From Mobula hypostoma (lineage: Eukaryota), in the NCBI RefSeq assembly GCF_963921235.1, contig NC_086108.1:29266001-29330000 (forward strand): DNA of 64,000 nucleotides, read 5' to 3'. This document shows positions 1-11,932 of this stretch, piece by piece (positions within the stretch are counted from its first letter, which is position 1; each line of letters opens with the position of its first letter). The translations under genes were made by a program, and so were the position numbers. The notes below the pieces were generated by a model. The model ran no database searches. It was not told the DNA's origin and worked only from the letters and a program-made list of their open reading frames with translations.

Positions 1-204
1 CTCCAGGCATCTTCTGCTGGGTGGGAACCGGGTAGTTCATATGCCTTCTCCACTCACTGAGCCGCAACAGCTGGGGGCTGAGTCGAGCCAAGCAGAGCCA
101 GGAATACTAAGCAGACCCACTCAATGAGTCAGTGAGGCTGGCTGAGAGCCGCTCTTCCCACGCCTGTTCCCTCTCCCATTACGTCTGTTTCTTCATCCCA
201 TTGT

Positions 205-340
205 GCTCTGACCTAGTAGTCTATGACCTCTATTGTCACAGTGAGGGCCAGTGCAAGCCTCAGGAACACCTTCTTCATCTTCTATCTGGGCACTCCACAG
301 TCTTCGGGACTCAATATTGAGTTTTGCAACTGCAGGTAAC
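205..340 (+). mobile_element. Degenerate Penelope GIY-YIG C-terminal remnant
   Basis: Translation LYCHSEGQCKPQEHLLHLL resembles LLYCQNKATLRLEEQHSIFHLG of the Penelope copy at ~53090-53150. Confidence 0.45.
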
Positions 341-509
341 ATAACTTCTCAGTCTGTATCAGTCATCCAGCTCTAACATCAGCTCAGCTTGTTTTTGTTT
401 CCCCTTCCTTTTTTCCCTTTCTGGGAGTGAAGACTCATCCAGCTGGACTTGCTGGGCTTGTCCTCCTTCTCTGCATTTTGCAACCCCCACAGTCTAGTTA
501 CTTTTGCCA

Positions 510-656
510 CTAAATCTGCCATCAGATTTCTGAATGGACAATGAACACTATCTCACAGCTTTTGCTCTCATTTTGTACATTATAGTATTTCATGTATTGT
601 ATTGTACTGCTGCACAAAACTTAGCGTCAGTAATAATAAACTTAATGATTCTGATT
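510..656 (+). mobile_element. Rex1/Babar LINE 3' tail fragment
   Basis: gccatcagatttctgaatgg...tgtactgctgc...taataaac...gattctgatt is the same 3' UTR type as at 60645-60720 (reverse). Confidence 0.5.
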
Positions 657-784
657 TGTCTAGGTTCTCATCCATTAACAGCTCCCATTTACTCATTGAT
701 CAGATAACATTGTTAACAGCTTATAGTCACCCTGGTTTTACCCCATCAGAAACATCTCCCCTCCCCATACTTTTACCAGGGACA

Positions 785-1005
785 TAAGAGATTCTGCAAA
801 TGCTCAAAACCTTGAGCAACACACACAAAATTCTGGAGAAACCCAGCAAGTCAGGCAGGATCTAGCATTCTGTGTACATTGCTTTAGTTTTCTCATTTTC
901 AGTTCTGACAGAGTCCTTGAATGAAACTTCAACTGTGTTTCTCTTCCCACTGAGACAGTCTGACCTGCTGACAATTTTTCTGTATTTTCTGTTTTGTAAA
1001 AATTT
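785..1005. mobile_element. Two short Penelope-derived terminal fragments (785-862 minus, 895-1005 plus), the second with a degenerate hammerhead motif
   Basis: Similar to the Penelope terminus at 37080-37160. cagtt-CTGACAGA-...-GAAA-cttc-aactg lies at 900-935. Confidence 0.45.
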
Positions 1006-3564
1006 CCTAATTCTGAGTCAGGTAAAATGAGAATGATGAATTCTTTCATGTCTTTTTATTGGAAGGTCTTCTTATTCTTTGATTATTTAAATCGCTATTT
1101 GTGATTGGGCATGTTGCTTTGGTTGGAACACTGTATGCATTTCTCCAACCGAGCAATTCTGGGTTACTATTTTTATCCCACTGGCTCACTTTAAGCCTCT
1201 TAGATATTTGATTTATCCGCCAACTTCCTGTTTCCCTATTTCATATCGCAGAACGTGGCATTTATCTACAAAGCAAAACATTTAACACTCCATGATTTTG
1301 CAGCTTGGCTGCAATTCATCTCAACTTCAGTATAAGATAGGTCACGCACCCTTGTTCTTTCTGGAATTGCTATTATTAAGATTTGTCTGTTTAACCCTTG
1401 GCATCCATACAATAGAAGGTCCTCAACTTCATTCTGCCCCTTTGAAGTACTGTCAAAGTTCAAACTTCCAGTTGGTTTTACAATGAAGTTTATCTCATCA
1501 GAGCCATACCAAAACTTGACCACAATCTGCACCACATAAACCCTTGATGATAGTTTTAACAGTGCCCCTGGCTGGAAACTGATGGTATTATCTTGATTAC
1601 CTATCTGTTAGACCAGTCAGTTGATCTTTCCTCTGCCATTAGATGTTTAAGTTCCCAGTTGCTTGGAGTTGACCATCCATTCAACACTAAGCACCATAGC
1701 GACTAATTGTCTCAACCATTACTGTACTTGTATGGATATTGGTCATAAGTAATTTCCCAACTGTCATCAGATCAAACTCAATCCCAAATACAATTCTCTC
1801 CTGCTGAGTCTGTCCATTTCTCCAAAGTTATTGTGCAGAGCAAGGGAAGTCTTTTTAACCTCCTCTATCCAATGCTATTTCCCTCTTCCTGCACCTCAGC
1901 ATATCCATCTCCTTTTGTCTTGATTATGTTCCAAGGTTACCACCAGCTGAAGTTGAGTGGTTTTACCTCTCCAGATATTGTCTCCTTCTCTTTTAGCACT
2001 TCGTTTTTCTTCTTAAATCCACACAAACTGCTGTCCCATTTGTAATCTTGTTTCCTGCTGTAGGTCCTCCTGGGTTACGACCTATGGATATTCTGTGCAT
2101 AGGAACGAGAGTCTGGGAGACTAGTAGGACAGATTTGCTGTCTGCTGCAAGATTACAGACATCTCCTGCTGTGTGCGAACTAGACACTATATGTGCCTTT
2201 TCTCAACACCATCCCCACACCCTCGCAAGCCACAAAAATTGGGAGTTGAGTCGAGCCAGGCAGTGCTGGCAGCACTGAACAGATATACTCATTGTGTCAG
2301 TGAGACCCTCTGGTGGCCACTCTTCCCATGTCTTCTCACTCTCCCATCACAGCTGTTTCTGTGACCCTCTCCCACCCAATGTCTTGTTCATTTCTGAGTT
2401 ACGAATAGTTTGGGTTCTGAAAGGCTCTCAGGAATGGAATGTTGTCATGGTCGGAGGACTACCTGCATTATTGACACCAAGTCACAACTTTCCTGTAACG
2501 CCCTGCTGCGTAGTTCCCTTGCTACCTTTCTGTCCACACCATCCTCCCACACACACTGGCAAGCTGAATGGAACCAAAAGCAAACATCCATTTCTCCAAC
2601 AAGATAGAGTTACTGGATGGTAGGTGAGAACCTGGACTACTTTCTTTCTTTTCCACTTCCTGAGACATACTAATTTTGCTGGTCATCAGGTGAGAAGACA
2701 TTTAAAACTTGTATGTGGAATAGTTCAAGATGTACTTCTCCAGAGAGACAGATGCACTACAAGGCTGTATGCTTAGCCCCTGTTCTACTGATGACTGTGA
2801 GGCTAAGCACAGTTCTAATACCATATTTAAGTTTGCTGACACCACTGGTGTTGTTGCCCAAATCAAAAGTGGTGACAAATTGGCATATAGGAGGGAGATT
2901 GAAAGTCTGGTTGGATGGTGCCACAACAACAACATCTCAATCAATGTCAGCAAAGCCAAAGAGCTGATTATTGACTACAAGACGAAGGAACCAGGTGGTG
3001 GGATGGGGGTCTGGCAGTGGTCATTAGGGGGATTGGAGGTGGAGGGTGTCAGTCACTTTAAATTTCTGGGTATTATCATATCGGAGGATCTGTCCTGGGA
3101 CCAGCATATAAGCGGCATTTCATAGGCACGGTAACACCTCTATTTTCTTAGAAGTTTGTGCGGATTTGGCATATCGTCTAAAACTTTGACAAATTTCTAT
3201 AGAATGGAACAGCTAACATAAAGCGATGGACACACCCCAGTACATCACAGGAAAAGCCTTCTCCACCACTGTGCACACTCACAAGGAGTGCTGCCACAAG
3301 AAAGTAGCACCCGTCATCACGGACCGCCACCATCCAGACCATGCTGTCTTTTCTCTGCTGCGAATGAGAAGAGTACAGCAGCCTCAGGACCCACACCACC
3401 AGGCTCAGGAACAGCTATTACCCTTCAACCATCAGGCTCCTGAATCGGTGTGGATAACTTCACTCACCTCAACAATGAACTGATTCCACAACCTGTGGAC
3501 TCATCTCCAATTTCTTTGCAACTCATGCTCTCGGTATCATTTATTTACTTATTTATTTATTATA

Positions 3565-4746
3565 GTTATTTTTATTTTTCTCAGCTCAAGCTTGTAATGT
3601 CTGAGGTACAGGTACAATCAAGTACACTCATTTCTCAATTGCTAGGAACTTTTGGACTGTTCTATTGGTGCATGGCATTGTGGCTTACTGGAGATTTACA
3701 TGAATAGTGTGTAGCCTAAATGTTTTATGCTCGTGTGGTGACTTTGGGATGACACCAGTTGTAGATATTACTATTGGAACAATGTAAACACTGTTCATGT
3801 CCCATAATCTTTAATTTTCCGCTTTTAATTCAGCTTATTTCTGGTGATTTTCACAACGGATTTCTGTATGTTATTTGTGTTTCAAATGGCTATACCTATT
3901 AAGTAAGTTTTTCTTGCTTATTTATACCGTAATATTATATCTGGACAATTATTATGGATTGTCTTATCTGCAATAGTGGATAGTTGCAATATAATTTGCA
4001 GCACTCTTGACTCCGAAACTGGATCAGACTTGCATAAGGTATAGTGCCTTTTATGAGTTCGTATGTTAAAGCAAGATTTGGTGAATGATGTTTGCCACTT
4101 GATTGTGCCTGCGTAAGTAATCAGATTGAATTAAGCTGTGGCAGGATCCTGTAATATGTTTATTTGTTTCTGGTTCCTCTTGGCATTTTCTACAATTATC
4201 ATCTTGTGGTATTTTTGATAATTTTTGTGGTAACCACCTGGTCCTGTCTTGTAACCACCTGGTTCTGTATTATAACAAGGAACCCGTCTGTTTCTGGGAA
4301 GAGGTCTCCAACTTTGAGCAATCCATACGACACTTCCTTGTCAACATCTAGTCTGCTCATATAATGGAAACATCTTCCATGGAGGGTCCATGCTTTTCCA
4401 TTGGTTAATGTCTTCTATAGTGATAATTTCTTAATTTACTGGGATGTGCTTTCTTTTACGTTTAGTGGTTGGCATTTCTTATCAGAATCGCATATGCTCA
4501 TGTGCAGTGCTGAATCCTGTTTTCACTGATGAAAATATATCCTTAGAAGTTTTATCTGACTGTCGTGTAAATCTTTTATGTTTGTTATTCCTCTTCCTCC
4601 TTCTGTCCTAGGTAGTGTTAATCTAAGTTTGTTTGAGTATACATAATGTTTTCTAAAATTTGTCATTTCAGTTATTTTTCTTTGTAAATTTTCCAGATCA
4701 ACTTTGGACAAAGATATTATGCCAAAAGAATATGTTAATATAAGGA
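3565..4746 (-). mobile_element. 5'-truncated R4/Dong-like (restriction-like endonuclease) non-LTR retrotransposon
   Basis: Minus-strand peptides ILTYSFGII, LTLPRTEGGRG, CRKCQEEPETNKHITGSC (CCHC), YLRRHNQVANIIHQ and NNCPDII (RLE PD motif). Both ends abut TAA/TTA-rich tracts. Confidence 0.75.
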
Positions 4747-4896
4747 TAATAATTTTAATATTATGATTTTCTGCAAATGCACAGTCTGTCTTCTTTTACA
4801 GATTGGTAGTTTGTCACTCCGTGTGTTGTTTTGCATTGATTTTATTGTATTTTGCTCTACTGTGAATGCCTACAAGAATGTGAACTTCAGGGAAAT

Positions 4897-6437
4897 TGGC
4901 ATGGTCCGGTCCGTGAAGTCCGTATTCCGGTTCACGGTCCGGTCCATCGACCCTTGCTCCAGGTTTTCCTGTCTACCCTGTTTCTGTTCTTGTTGAGCTC
5001 TAATTGAGGCAGCTGATGCTTGTTGGGGCTGACTGCATAAATACCTTCAGAGACCAGGGTGTGGCTGCAGGATTGTTCTTGTCCTTACTCCTTGTATCCC
5101 TTCCTCTGCCTTCTGTTTCCTCACCTGAAACCCTGCCTTGTCTTGCCAGTAACTCTCGCCTCACCTGAAGTTCTTGTTTCACCTTGCATTGCCTGAAGCC
5201 TTGCCTGGTCTTGCTGGTAGCTCTCGCCTGGTCTCGCCTTCCGTCTTGTCCTGGAGCCACCCCCATACCTAGCTCCATTCCTGTCCCTTCCTGTCACTTG
5301 CCTCCTTCGGGTAAGCCAGGCCATATTGCTGTTACCTATGGTTGGTTCTGTCCCCTCCTGCCCCTTGCCTCTGTCAGGTAAGCCAGGCTGTCTTGCCGTT
5401 ACCTGCGGTTGGTTCTGTCCCTTCCAGTCCCTTGCCTCCGGCGGGTGGAGAATTGTGCCCTGCCCAGGAGAACCGTGCCCTGCCCAGGAGGAGCCTCCAG
5501 CCTCCAGCCCCAAGCCTCGCCTCAAGTCTCCAGCCTCCTGACTAGCCTCAAGCCTGAAGACTCCATCCTCCTGCCTAGCCTCAAACCTGAAGACTCCAGC
5601 CTCCTGCCTAGCCTCAAGTCTGAAGACTCCAGCCTCCAGCCTCCTACCTAGCCTGAAGCCTGAAGACTCCAGCCTCCTGCCTCCTGCCAAGCCTCACCTC
5701 TAGTCTCTAGCCTCAAGCCTGAAGACTCCAGCCTCCTGCCTAGCCTCAAGCCTGAAGACTCCTGCTTTCTGCCTAACCTCAAGCCTGAAGACTCCAGCCT
5801 CCTGCCTTCTGCCAAGCCTTGCTTCTAGCCTCAAGCCTGAAGACTCCAGCCTCCTGCCTAGCCTCAAGCCTGAAGACTCCAGCCTCCTGCCTTCTGCCAA
5901 GCCTTGCCTCTAGCCTCAAGCCTGAAGACTCCAGCCTCCTGCCTCCTGCTAAGCCTCACCTCTAGTCTCTAGCCTCGAGCCTGAAGACTCCAGCCTCATG
6001 CCTTCTGCGAAGCCTTGCCTCAAGTCTCTAGCCTCTAGCCTCAAGCCTGAAGACTCCAGCTTCCTGCCTCATGCCAAGCCTCACCTCTAGTCTCTAGCCT
6101 CAAGCCTGAATACTGCAGCCTCCTGCCTCCTGCTAAGCCTCACCTCTAGTCTCTAGCCTCAAGCCTGAAGACTCCAGCCTCGTCCTGCCTGCCAGCCAAG
6201 CCTCGTCCTTGACTAGTTCTGCGGTCCGAGCCAGAGGCAAGTCCCAGGTACAGGGTCCTTGTCCAGTCTCTGGCTCAGAGTCCAAGGCCGGGCTCCTAGC
6301 TCTCTTGTCCAGTCCTGTTCCAGGTTCCCGGTTTTCCTGTACATGTCCTTACCCTTGCCTTGTATCCTAGTCCTGTTCCTAGACTTCAGTGTCTGTGTCT
6401 TGCACTTGGGTCCGTTCCCAGCCACCGCGTTATGACA
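4897..6437. mobile_element. Solo LTR (Gypsy-type termini), 1541 bp
   Basis: Starts TGGCAT and ends ATGACA. 5-bp TSD GAAAT at 4892-4896 and 6438-6442. The host Rex1 3' UTR is continuous once the insert is removed. Confidence 0.8.
5490..6185. repeat. 33-bp minisatellite (ctagcctcaagcctgaagactccagcctcctgc) with longer variant units
   Basis: Directly visible tandem repeats inside the solo LTR; they produce the repetitive ORFs (PSLKPEDSSLL). Confidence 0.9.
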
Positions 6438-6699
6438 GAAATATATTGTGATATACACATACTCTGATAATAAATTTACTTCGAACTCTGAACTTTGGAT
6501 CATAAAAATAAATAAATATTTTCATATCAAGTTGCTAGTAAGCCAGAATTCTCTTTGACTTAAGTACAAAAACTCAATTCTCATGAAAACAAATGGATTT
6601 AAAACTCAGGTTTAGACTTTACAGATTCTAGATTCAAAGTACTGTATTTAATTGGCTTGACAGCCAGTTAAATAAATGGACATGATTTAATGGAATGTC

Positions 6700-7680
6700 A
6701 ATGCATACATTCTCCTTTTCTCTTTTTTCCATACCTTATTCTGAATACCCTCATAGCCCTTGTCTTCTCATCTGTCAGCCACCTCCCACTGATTCCCTCC
6801 CTCCTTCCTTTTCTTCATTGTCTTCATCCATTAGAATCAGAATTAATATCACCAGTGTATTCATGAAATTTGTTAACATAATGGCAGCAGTACAATGAAA
6901 TACATGATAAGTAAATATAGAGAAAAAGAAAAAGCAGTGCAAAATAACAGAAATAAAAATATAGTGAGGTCGTGTTCATGGGTTCAATGCCCATTCAGAA
7001 ATTGGATGGTAGAGAGGAAGAAGCCATTCCTGAATCACTGAGTGTGTGCCTTCAAGCTTCTGTACCTCCTATCTGATGGTAACAGTGTGAAGAGTTCATG
7101 TCCTGGATGGTGAGGATCCTTAATGATGGACACTGCCTTCTGAAGGCACTGCTCCTTGAAGATGACTTGGATACTACAGAGGCTGGTACCTATGACAGAG
7201 CAGATTAATTTTACAAGTTTCTGCAAATTATTTCAATTTTGTGCAGAAGCCTCCTGCCCACCATACCAGATGGTGGTGCAGCCAGTCAGAATGCTCTCCA
7301 GGGTACATTTGTAGAAGTTTTTGAGTGTTTTAGTTGACAAAACCAAATCTTTGTAAACTCCTAATGAAATATAGCCACTGTCTTGCCTTCTCTATTGCTG
7401 CATCAATTTGTTGTATCCAGGTTAGGTCCTCATTTACTTCACACTCTCACCTTCGTCCTCATCAGATCTTACCTGTCACCTGCAAGATTGTACTCCTTCC
7501 CCTCCCCCACCTTCTTGTTTTGCCTTTTGTCCCCTTTCTTTCCAGTCCAGATGAAGGGTCATGGTCTAAGACATCAAAGGTTTATTCCCTTCCAGCAATG
7601 CTGTATGACTTGCTGAGTTCCTCCAGCATTTTGCCTGTGATTGCTCAAGTGTTTCAGCAGCTGCAGAGTCTCTTGTGTCA
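6700..7680 (+). mobile_element. Old Penelope 3' region split by a Rex1 insertion; degenerate hammerhead at ~7543-7580
   Basis: Pyrimidine-rich UTR and the terminus cagtccagatgaagggtcatggtctaagacatc...ttgctgagttcctccagcattttg resemble 37030-37160. Confidence 0.55.
6832..7430 (-). mobile_element. Rex1/Babar 3' fragment
   Basis: SIIKDPHHPGHELFTLLPSDRRYRSLKAHT C-terminal motif, with a gattct-type tail at ~6832. Confidence 0.8.
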
Positions 7681-9054
7681 AGGGAATGCCAGTGTTTTCT
7701 GAGAGGTTCATTGTGCTGGGCTTGTTGAGTCTTTCCCCCTATGTGATGCCATTAATGTGCACAATTCCCCACCGCTGTACAGGTCCTTACCTCTGAGGAA
7801 CTGGCTGACGCCTATCAAAACGCTGATACTGGGGATCTATAATAGACAACCACAGACATCCCTACAGGTTAGCAGTAAGTGTGGACAGCATGATTTTGGC
7901 TCACTTGCTGTGCATTTCCAGTATTTTACAGTTATAATGCAGAATACTGATTAATAAGATTGAGTGGAGAACTGTTCTTGCTGAGTGACAGCAGTCTTAT
8001 TGACTATGATTGTAATCTTTCAACTTTATGCAGAATTATTTCACTTCGCTCCTCAATATTAATGAATGATTAATGCAATGGAGGGAATGGGCAGATGGAA
8101 CAGATGTCTGAAAATCTGAGGGAGATGCTTTGGGTTCAAAGTGACTCATTTGGGACTTCAAAGCAGGCAGAAAAGATGAATAAATTAAACAGAAATTGTC
8201 AATAAAAGGATGAAAGTAACAGTTGGCTCTTGCGATACATTTGTGAATGCAACACAGAATAAAGTGGTGCAAATAAAGGACAGGGATTCCACTAAATGAG
8301 AATCCTCTTTTGCCAGAACAAAAAAAGACTGGATCAACTTAGTACTTTAGTTCTTGAAGTTTAAAAGAAATGGGATACATATTGTATTTAAAATATGTTA
8401 ATCGTAGCAGACCCCACCCACATTGCTGGTTACTTGCCTGGTACAGAGTGCTGGAGGGACTTCTGGCATGTGTTTAGGCTGGTTAGCAGCAAGCCAAGTC
8501 TTATTAGCTAGAATACCAGCCAATACAAGTGAAATCGGTATAATGAGTGGTAATTCATATTACATGGAGAGTGTAAATATGACAGCATGTTATACATCTG
8601 TTTAATTTTGCTTTCAAATATAAAAAAAACTGCAGGTGATTGAAATCTAAAATAAAATCAGAAAATGATGGCAATACTCAGTAGGTCAGGCTGAATACGT
8701 AGAAGGAAAAACAATTAACTTCATTATAATTTTAATTTCCATTGATTTCAGCTGAAATCTGGGCAGGATGCCTAACAGATGGCCATTCTGCAACCTCTTG
8801 CTGCAACTTCCAATTAACATAAAACATTCCATCTCTATTAAAAGACTGACCTCCGAGCAACTCATGAATATAATGCATACAAAATGTTCGGGGTCTGGAA
8901 AAGATTTGGACAAGATGAGGGTTAACGCACATTTAGTGAACCTCATTCAGATCTATATGCTAATTCTAACACTTTTATTGAAAATGGAAAAATTGGGACT
9001 GGATCCAGATTAGGAGGGGTGCTAAGCGGGGTGATCTGCGGCACCTTGGTAGGG

Positions 9055-9715
9055 CAAATGCAAAGAGACAATACACTGTTAAGTGCAAGATCCTTAACGG
9101 TGTTGCTAAACAGAGAGGTCGTGGCATCCAAGTTTATCGCTCCTTGAAAGTGGCTTCACAGGTTGATTAAGAAGGCTTATGGAATGCTTGCTTTTATTAG
9201 TCGAGACATTGAGTTCAAAACTCAGGAGGTTATCTTGCAACTTCATAAAACTCTGGTTACAACACATCTGGAGTATTACATACAGTATTGCTCACCCCAC
9301 TATAGGAAGGGTGTTGAGGCTTTGGAGAGAGTACAGAAGAGGTTTATCAGCATGCTGCCTTGTGCAATCATGAAAGGCTGGATGAACTTGGGTTGTTTTC
9401 TTTGGAGTGGGAGAGGCTGAGAGGAGATCTGATAGAACTTTATAAGATTATGAGAGGCATAGCTAGAGAAGACAGGGAGTATCTGTTTCCCAGGGTTAAA
9501 ATGCCTAATACTAGAGGGCATGCATTGAAGATGAGAGGGGGTAGGTTCAAAAGGAATCTGAGGGGTAAGTTTTTACGCAGAGAATAGTGGATACCTGGAA
9601 TGCGCTGCCTTGTATGGTGATAGAGGCAAATACAATGGAGGTTTCTAAGAGGCATTTGGATAGGAACATGGATATAAGGAAGATGAAGGAATATGGACAT
9701 CATAAGAATAGAAGA
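9055..9715 (+). mobile_element. Degraded CR1 3' fragment
   Basis: KKAYGMLAFI...LERVQKRF...RLRGDLIELYKIM...TRGH motifs, with frameshifts. Confidence 0.85.
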
Positions 9716-11171
9716 GCTACAAGGAAAATCACAGACAATGCAGGTAGACCTCATCTTTCCCTAATAATCATCTTCACTGAAATTGAACCAAGTAGCTTAT
9801 GTAAACCTCAGATTACATGATAGAGTCAGAGGCTCCATTGTCAGGCAACCAGCTGGAAAGTGGGTCTTTAATATCTAACATTTCCTAAATTCCAAAGTAA
9901 CTCAGAATCCTCTTCTAGAATGCTAAACCGTACTGCAGTAATTACATATTCATGTGGTCAAAGTCGTGATGGAACTTGGGAAAATGCACTTGTCAAGTGA
10001 TATTTTCATTTTTGGGTTTCAGATATTAAGCACAGACCGCAACAACAGGACTTGGAATTAATATTTATCACAGTGTGATAGAGCTCAGCAGAAATCTAGT
10101 CATGTAAAAATAATTTCTCAAAACATTGTGTACAAGATTGTGAAACATTTTTAGACCTGATTAGATTATAATCTATTGTTAAGAGTTTTAAAAGAAGAAG
10201 TGTGTGGGAAAGAAGTATTCTTTTTTAATCAGTGAGTTAGTGTATTCTGATACATATTTCCGCAAAGGGTGATAGGTGAAGATTCAGCTGAAACTTCCAA
10301 GCAGGAATTGAATTTATGGAAAATAAAAATCTGTGATTCTAAAGGAAGTGGGTTTGGCAGCATGACTATCTCCACAGCATTTCCAAAAAAAAGCTAGCAT
10401 GGGGATGATAGCCAAACAGTTTCACTCTATCCCATGTTCTGATTCTCTAACTTAAAGTGAACATAATTGAAATGTTGGCTACTGACAATATTAAAACTAC
10501 TTCATTGAAAATATTTGACTTAAGACGTTATTCCAAAATGAGCAGGAAGACAAAGAACACCGAGTATTTCAATCAAAGATCAGAACAAGTGAAACACTTC
10601 GAGAAGTTTAATTAGAGATCAGATTTGTGACTATAGTTTACATGTGCAATCTCTTTAAGTTGCTACACCCTATAACAAAATTCTCCATTTTTACCACACC
10701 CACTAATTACCCAAGGAAATATCCCCAGTTTGTGCTCTAACATAAATAACAGTGATTTTTTCCTGAAATACAATGGGCTTTTGCTTCTTGTCTCAGACTG
10801 AAATGGCCTGCTCCTGCTTTGTTCATAAGGTCCTGCCACTTTAAACATGTGCTGAACCCAATTAGGGAACCATTGTGATATAAACATTCTGAAGATGATA
10901 GATATTCAGTCAAGCCTATGTTAATTCCTATTACCTAGTTCTATTATATTTGCATTAATAAAAGGCAAAGTTTAAAAGCATGTCACATTTTCTTTACTTC
11001 AGGTAAGTTATAAAGGCTAAAAATTTGGGTATCACCAAGATTGAAGGAAGTGAGCAGAGAGCTTGTTAAACTACAACACAGTGCTTAAACAAAACCAAGT
11101 TTGGAGGATAATAACTGCTTTGAAATAATAAGCGCAAATTATTAAATAATATTATTTTCAAACAATATATA

Positions 11172-11700
11172 CTGTACTGTGCAAAAGTCTTAGTTGCATA
11201 TCTGTAGTTAGAGTGCCTAAGACTATGCACAGTACTGAATTTGTCAATGTGGAGTGGAGAGCGAGTTTGAAAATGTGGCAGGAGCAAAGGATATTGGGAA
11301 TGGTTAAGGTGGAGCACTGCAGGAAGTGTTTGGGACAGCTGGCAGAGAAGTAGTACTGGGCAGGGAGTGGTGCAGGTCATTACAGAATGTCTTTCTGATG
11401 CTTCCTGCTCCTTCCCCTCTCCCTTCCCTTTTTCCCAACTGTGATTCCCCTCTCCCTGCCCCCTTCCCACTCTCAGTCCACAATAGAGACCCATATAAAA
11501 ATCAGGTTTATCATCATTCACACGTCATGAAATTTGTTTTTTTTGTCGCAGCAGTACGGTCAAAAGTCTTTGGTGCCCTGACTATATATATGTACCTAAG
11601 GCTTTTGCACAGTACTGTGAGTTGGTTTATAATTACTACAGTACTGTATAAAAGTTTTAGGCACATATACTAGGGTGTCTAAGACTTCAGCACAGTACTG
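11172..11700. mobile_element. Tc1/mariner-like composite MITE (three ~65-bp palindromic TIR units)
   Basis: cagtactgtgcaaaagtcttagg-like units at ~11172, ~11552 and ~11639, with TA at both outer ends. Related copies at ~43064 and ~46503. Confidence 0.65.
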
Positions 11701-11844
11701 TAAGAGTCAGTTTAAAATTAATTAATACTTAGGACCCATGACAAAAATGTTGCAGTATGTAGGATTTATCTCTGCAGAAGCTAAGAGGTTTTGAGAAAGA
11801 AAAATGAATAAGGGTGGAATGGAAGTGCAGCAGATAATGTTGTT

Positions 11845-11932
11845 GGCCCATAGCTTTAAGGACCCATGTTTGATCCTGACTTCAAATGCTGTCAGTGTAA
11901 AAGTTGCAATTTCTCCCCATGACTGTGTAGGT
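11845..11932 (+). mobile_element. V-SINE/HE1-like SINE, 5' part (continues at 15635-~15700 after the hAT insert)
   Basis: ttctccccatgactgtgtaggt|ttttcc...cctcccacattccaagg matches the V-domain of the SINE at 44637-44883. Confidence 0.6.

Larger units (their letters stand above)
2750..6497 (+). mobile_element. 5'-truncated Rex1/Babar LINE (RT C-terminus and 3' UTR), interrupted by an R4/Dong-like LINE and a solo LTR
   Basis: QGCMLSP...IFKFADTT...FKFLGIIISEDLSW motifs. The 3' UTR resumes at ~4760 and again at 6438, ending in aataaatttacttcgaactctgaacttt. Confidence 0.85.

Noticed and set aside
5121..5900. Repetitive ORFs (189 aa and others) as genes
   Set aside because: They are by-products of the 33-bp minisatellite.
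5490..6185. CRISPR-like array of ~33-bp repeats with intervening segments
   Set aside because: The intervening segments are variants of each other rather than unique spacers, there are no cas genes, and the array lies inside a eukaryotic LTR.
11077..11098. V(D)J recombination signal (CACAGTG ... ACAAAACC)
   Set aside because: The spacer is only ~5 nt rather than 12 or 23, and no V or J segment is adjacent.
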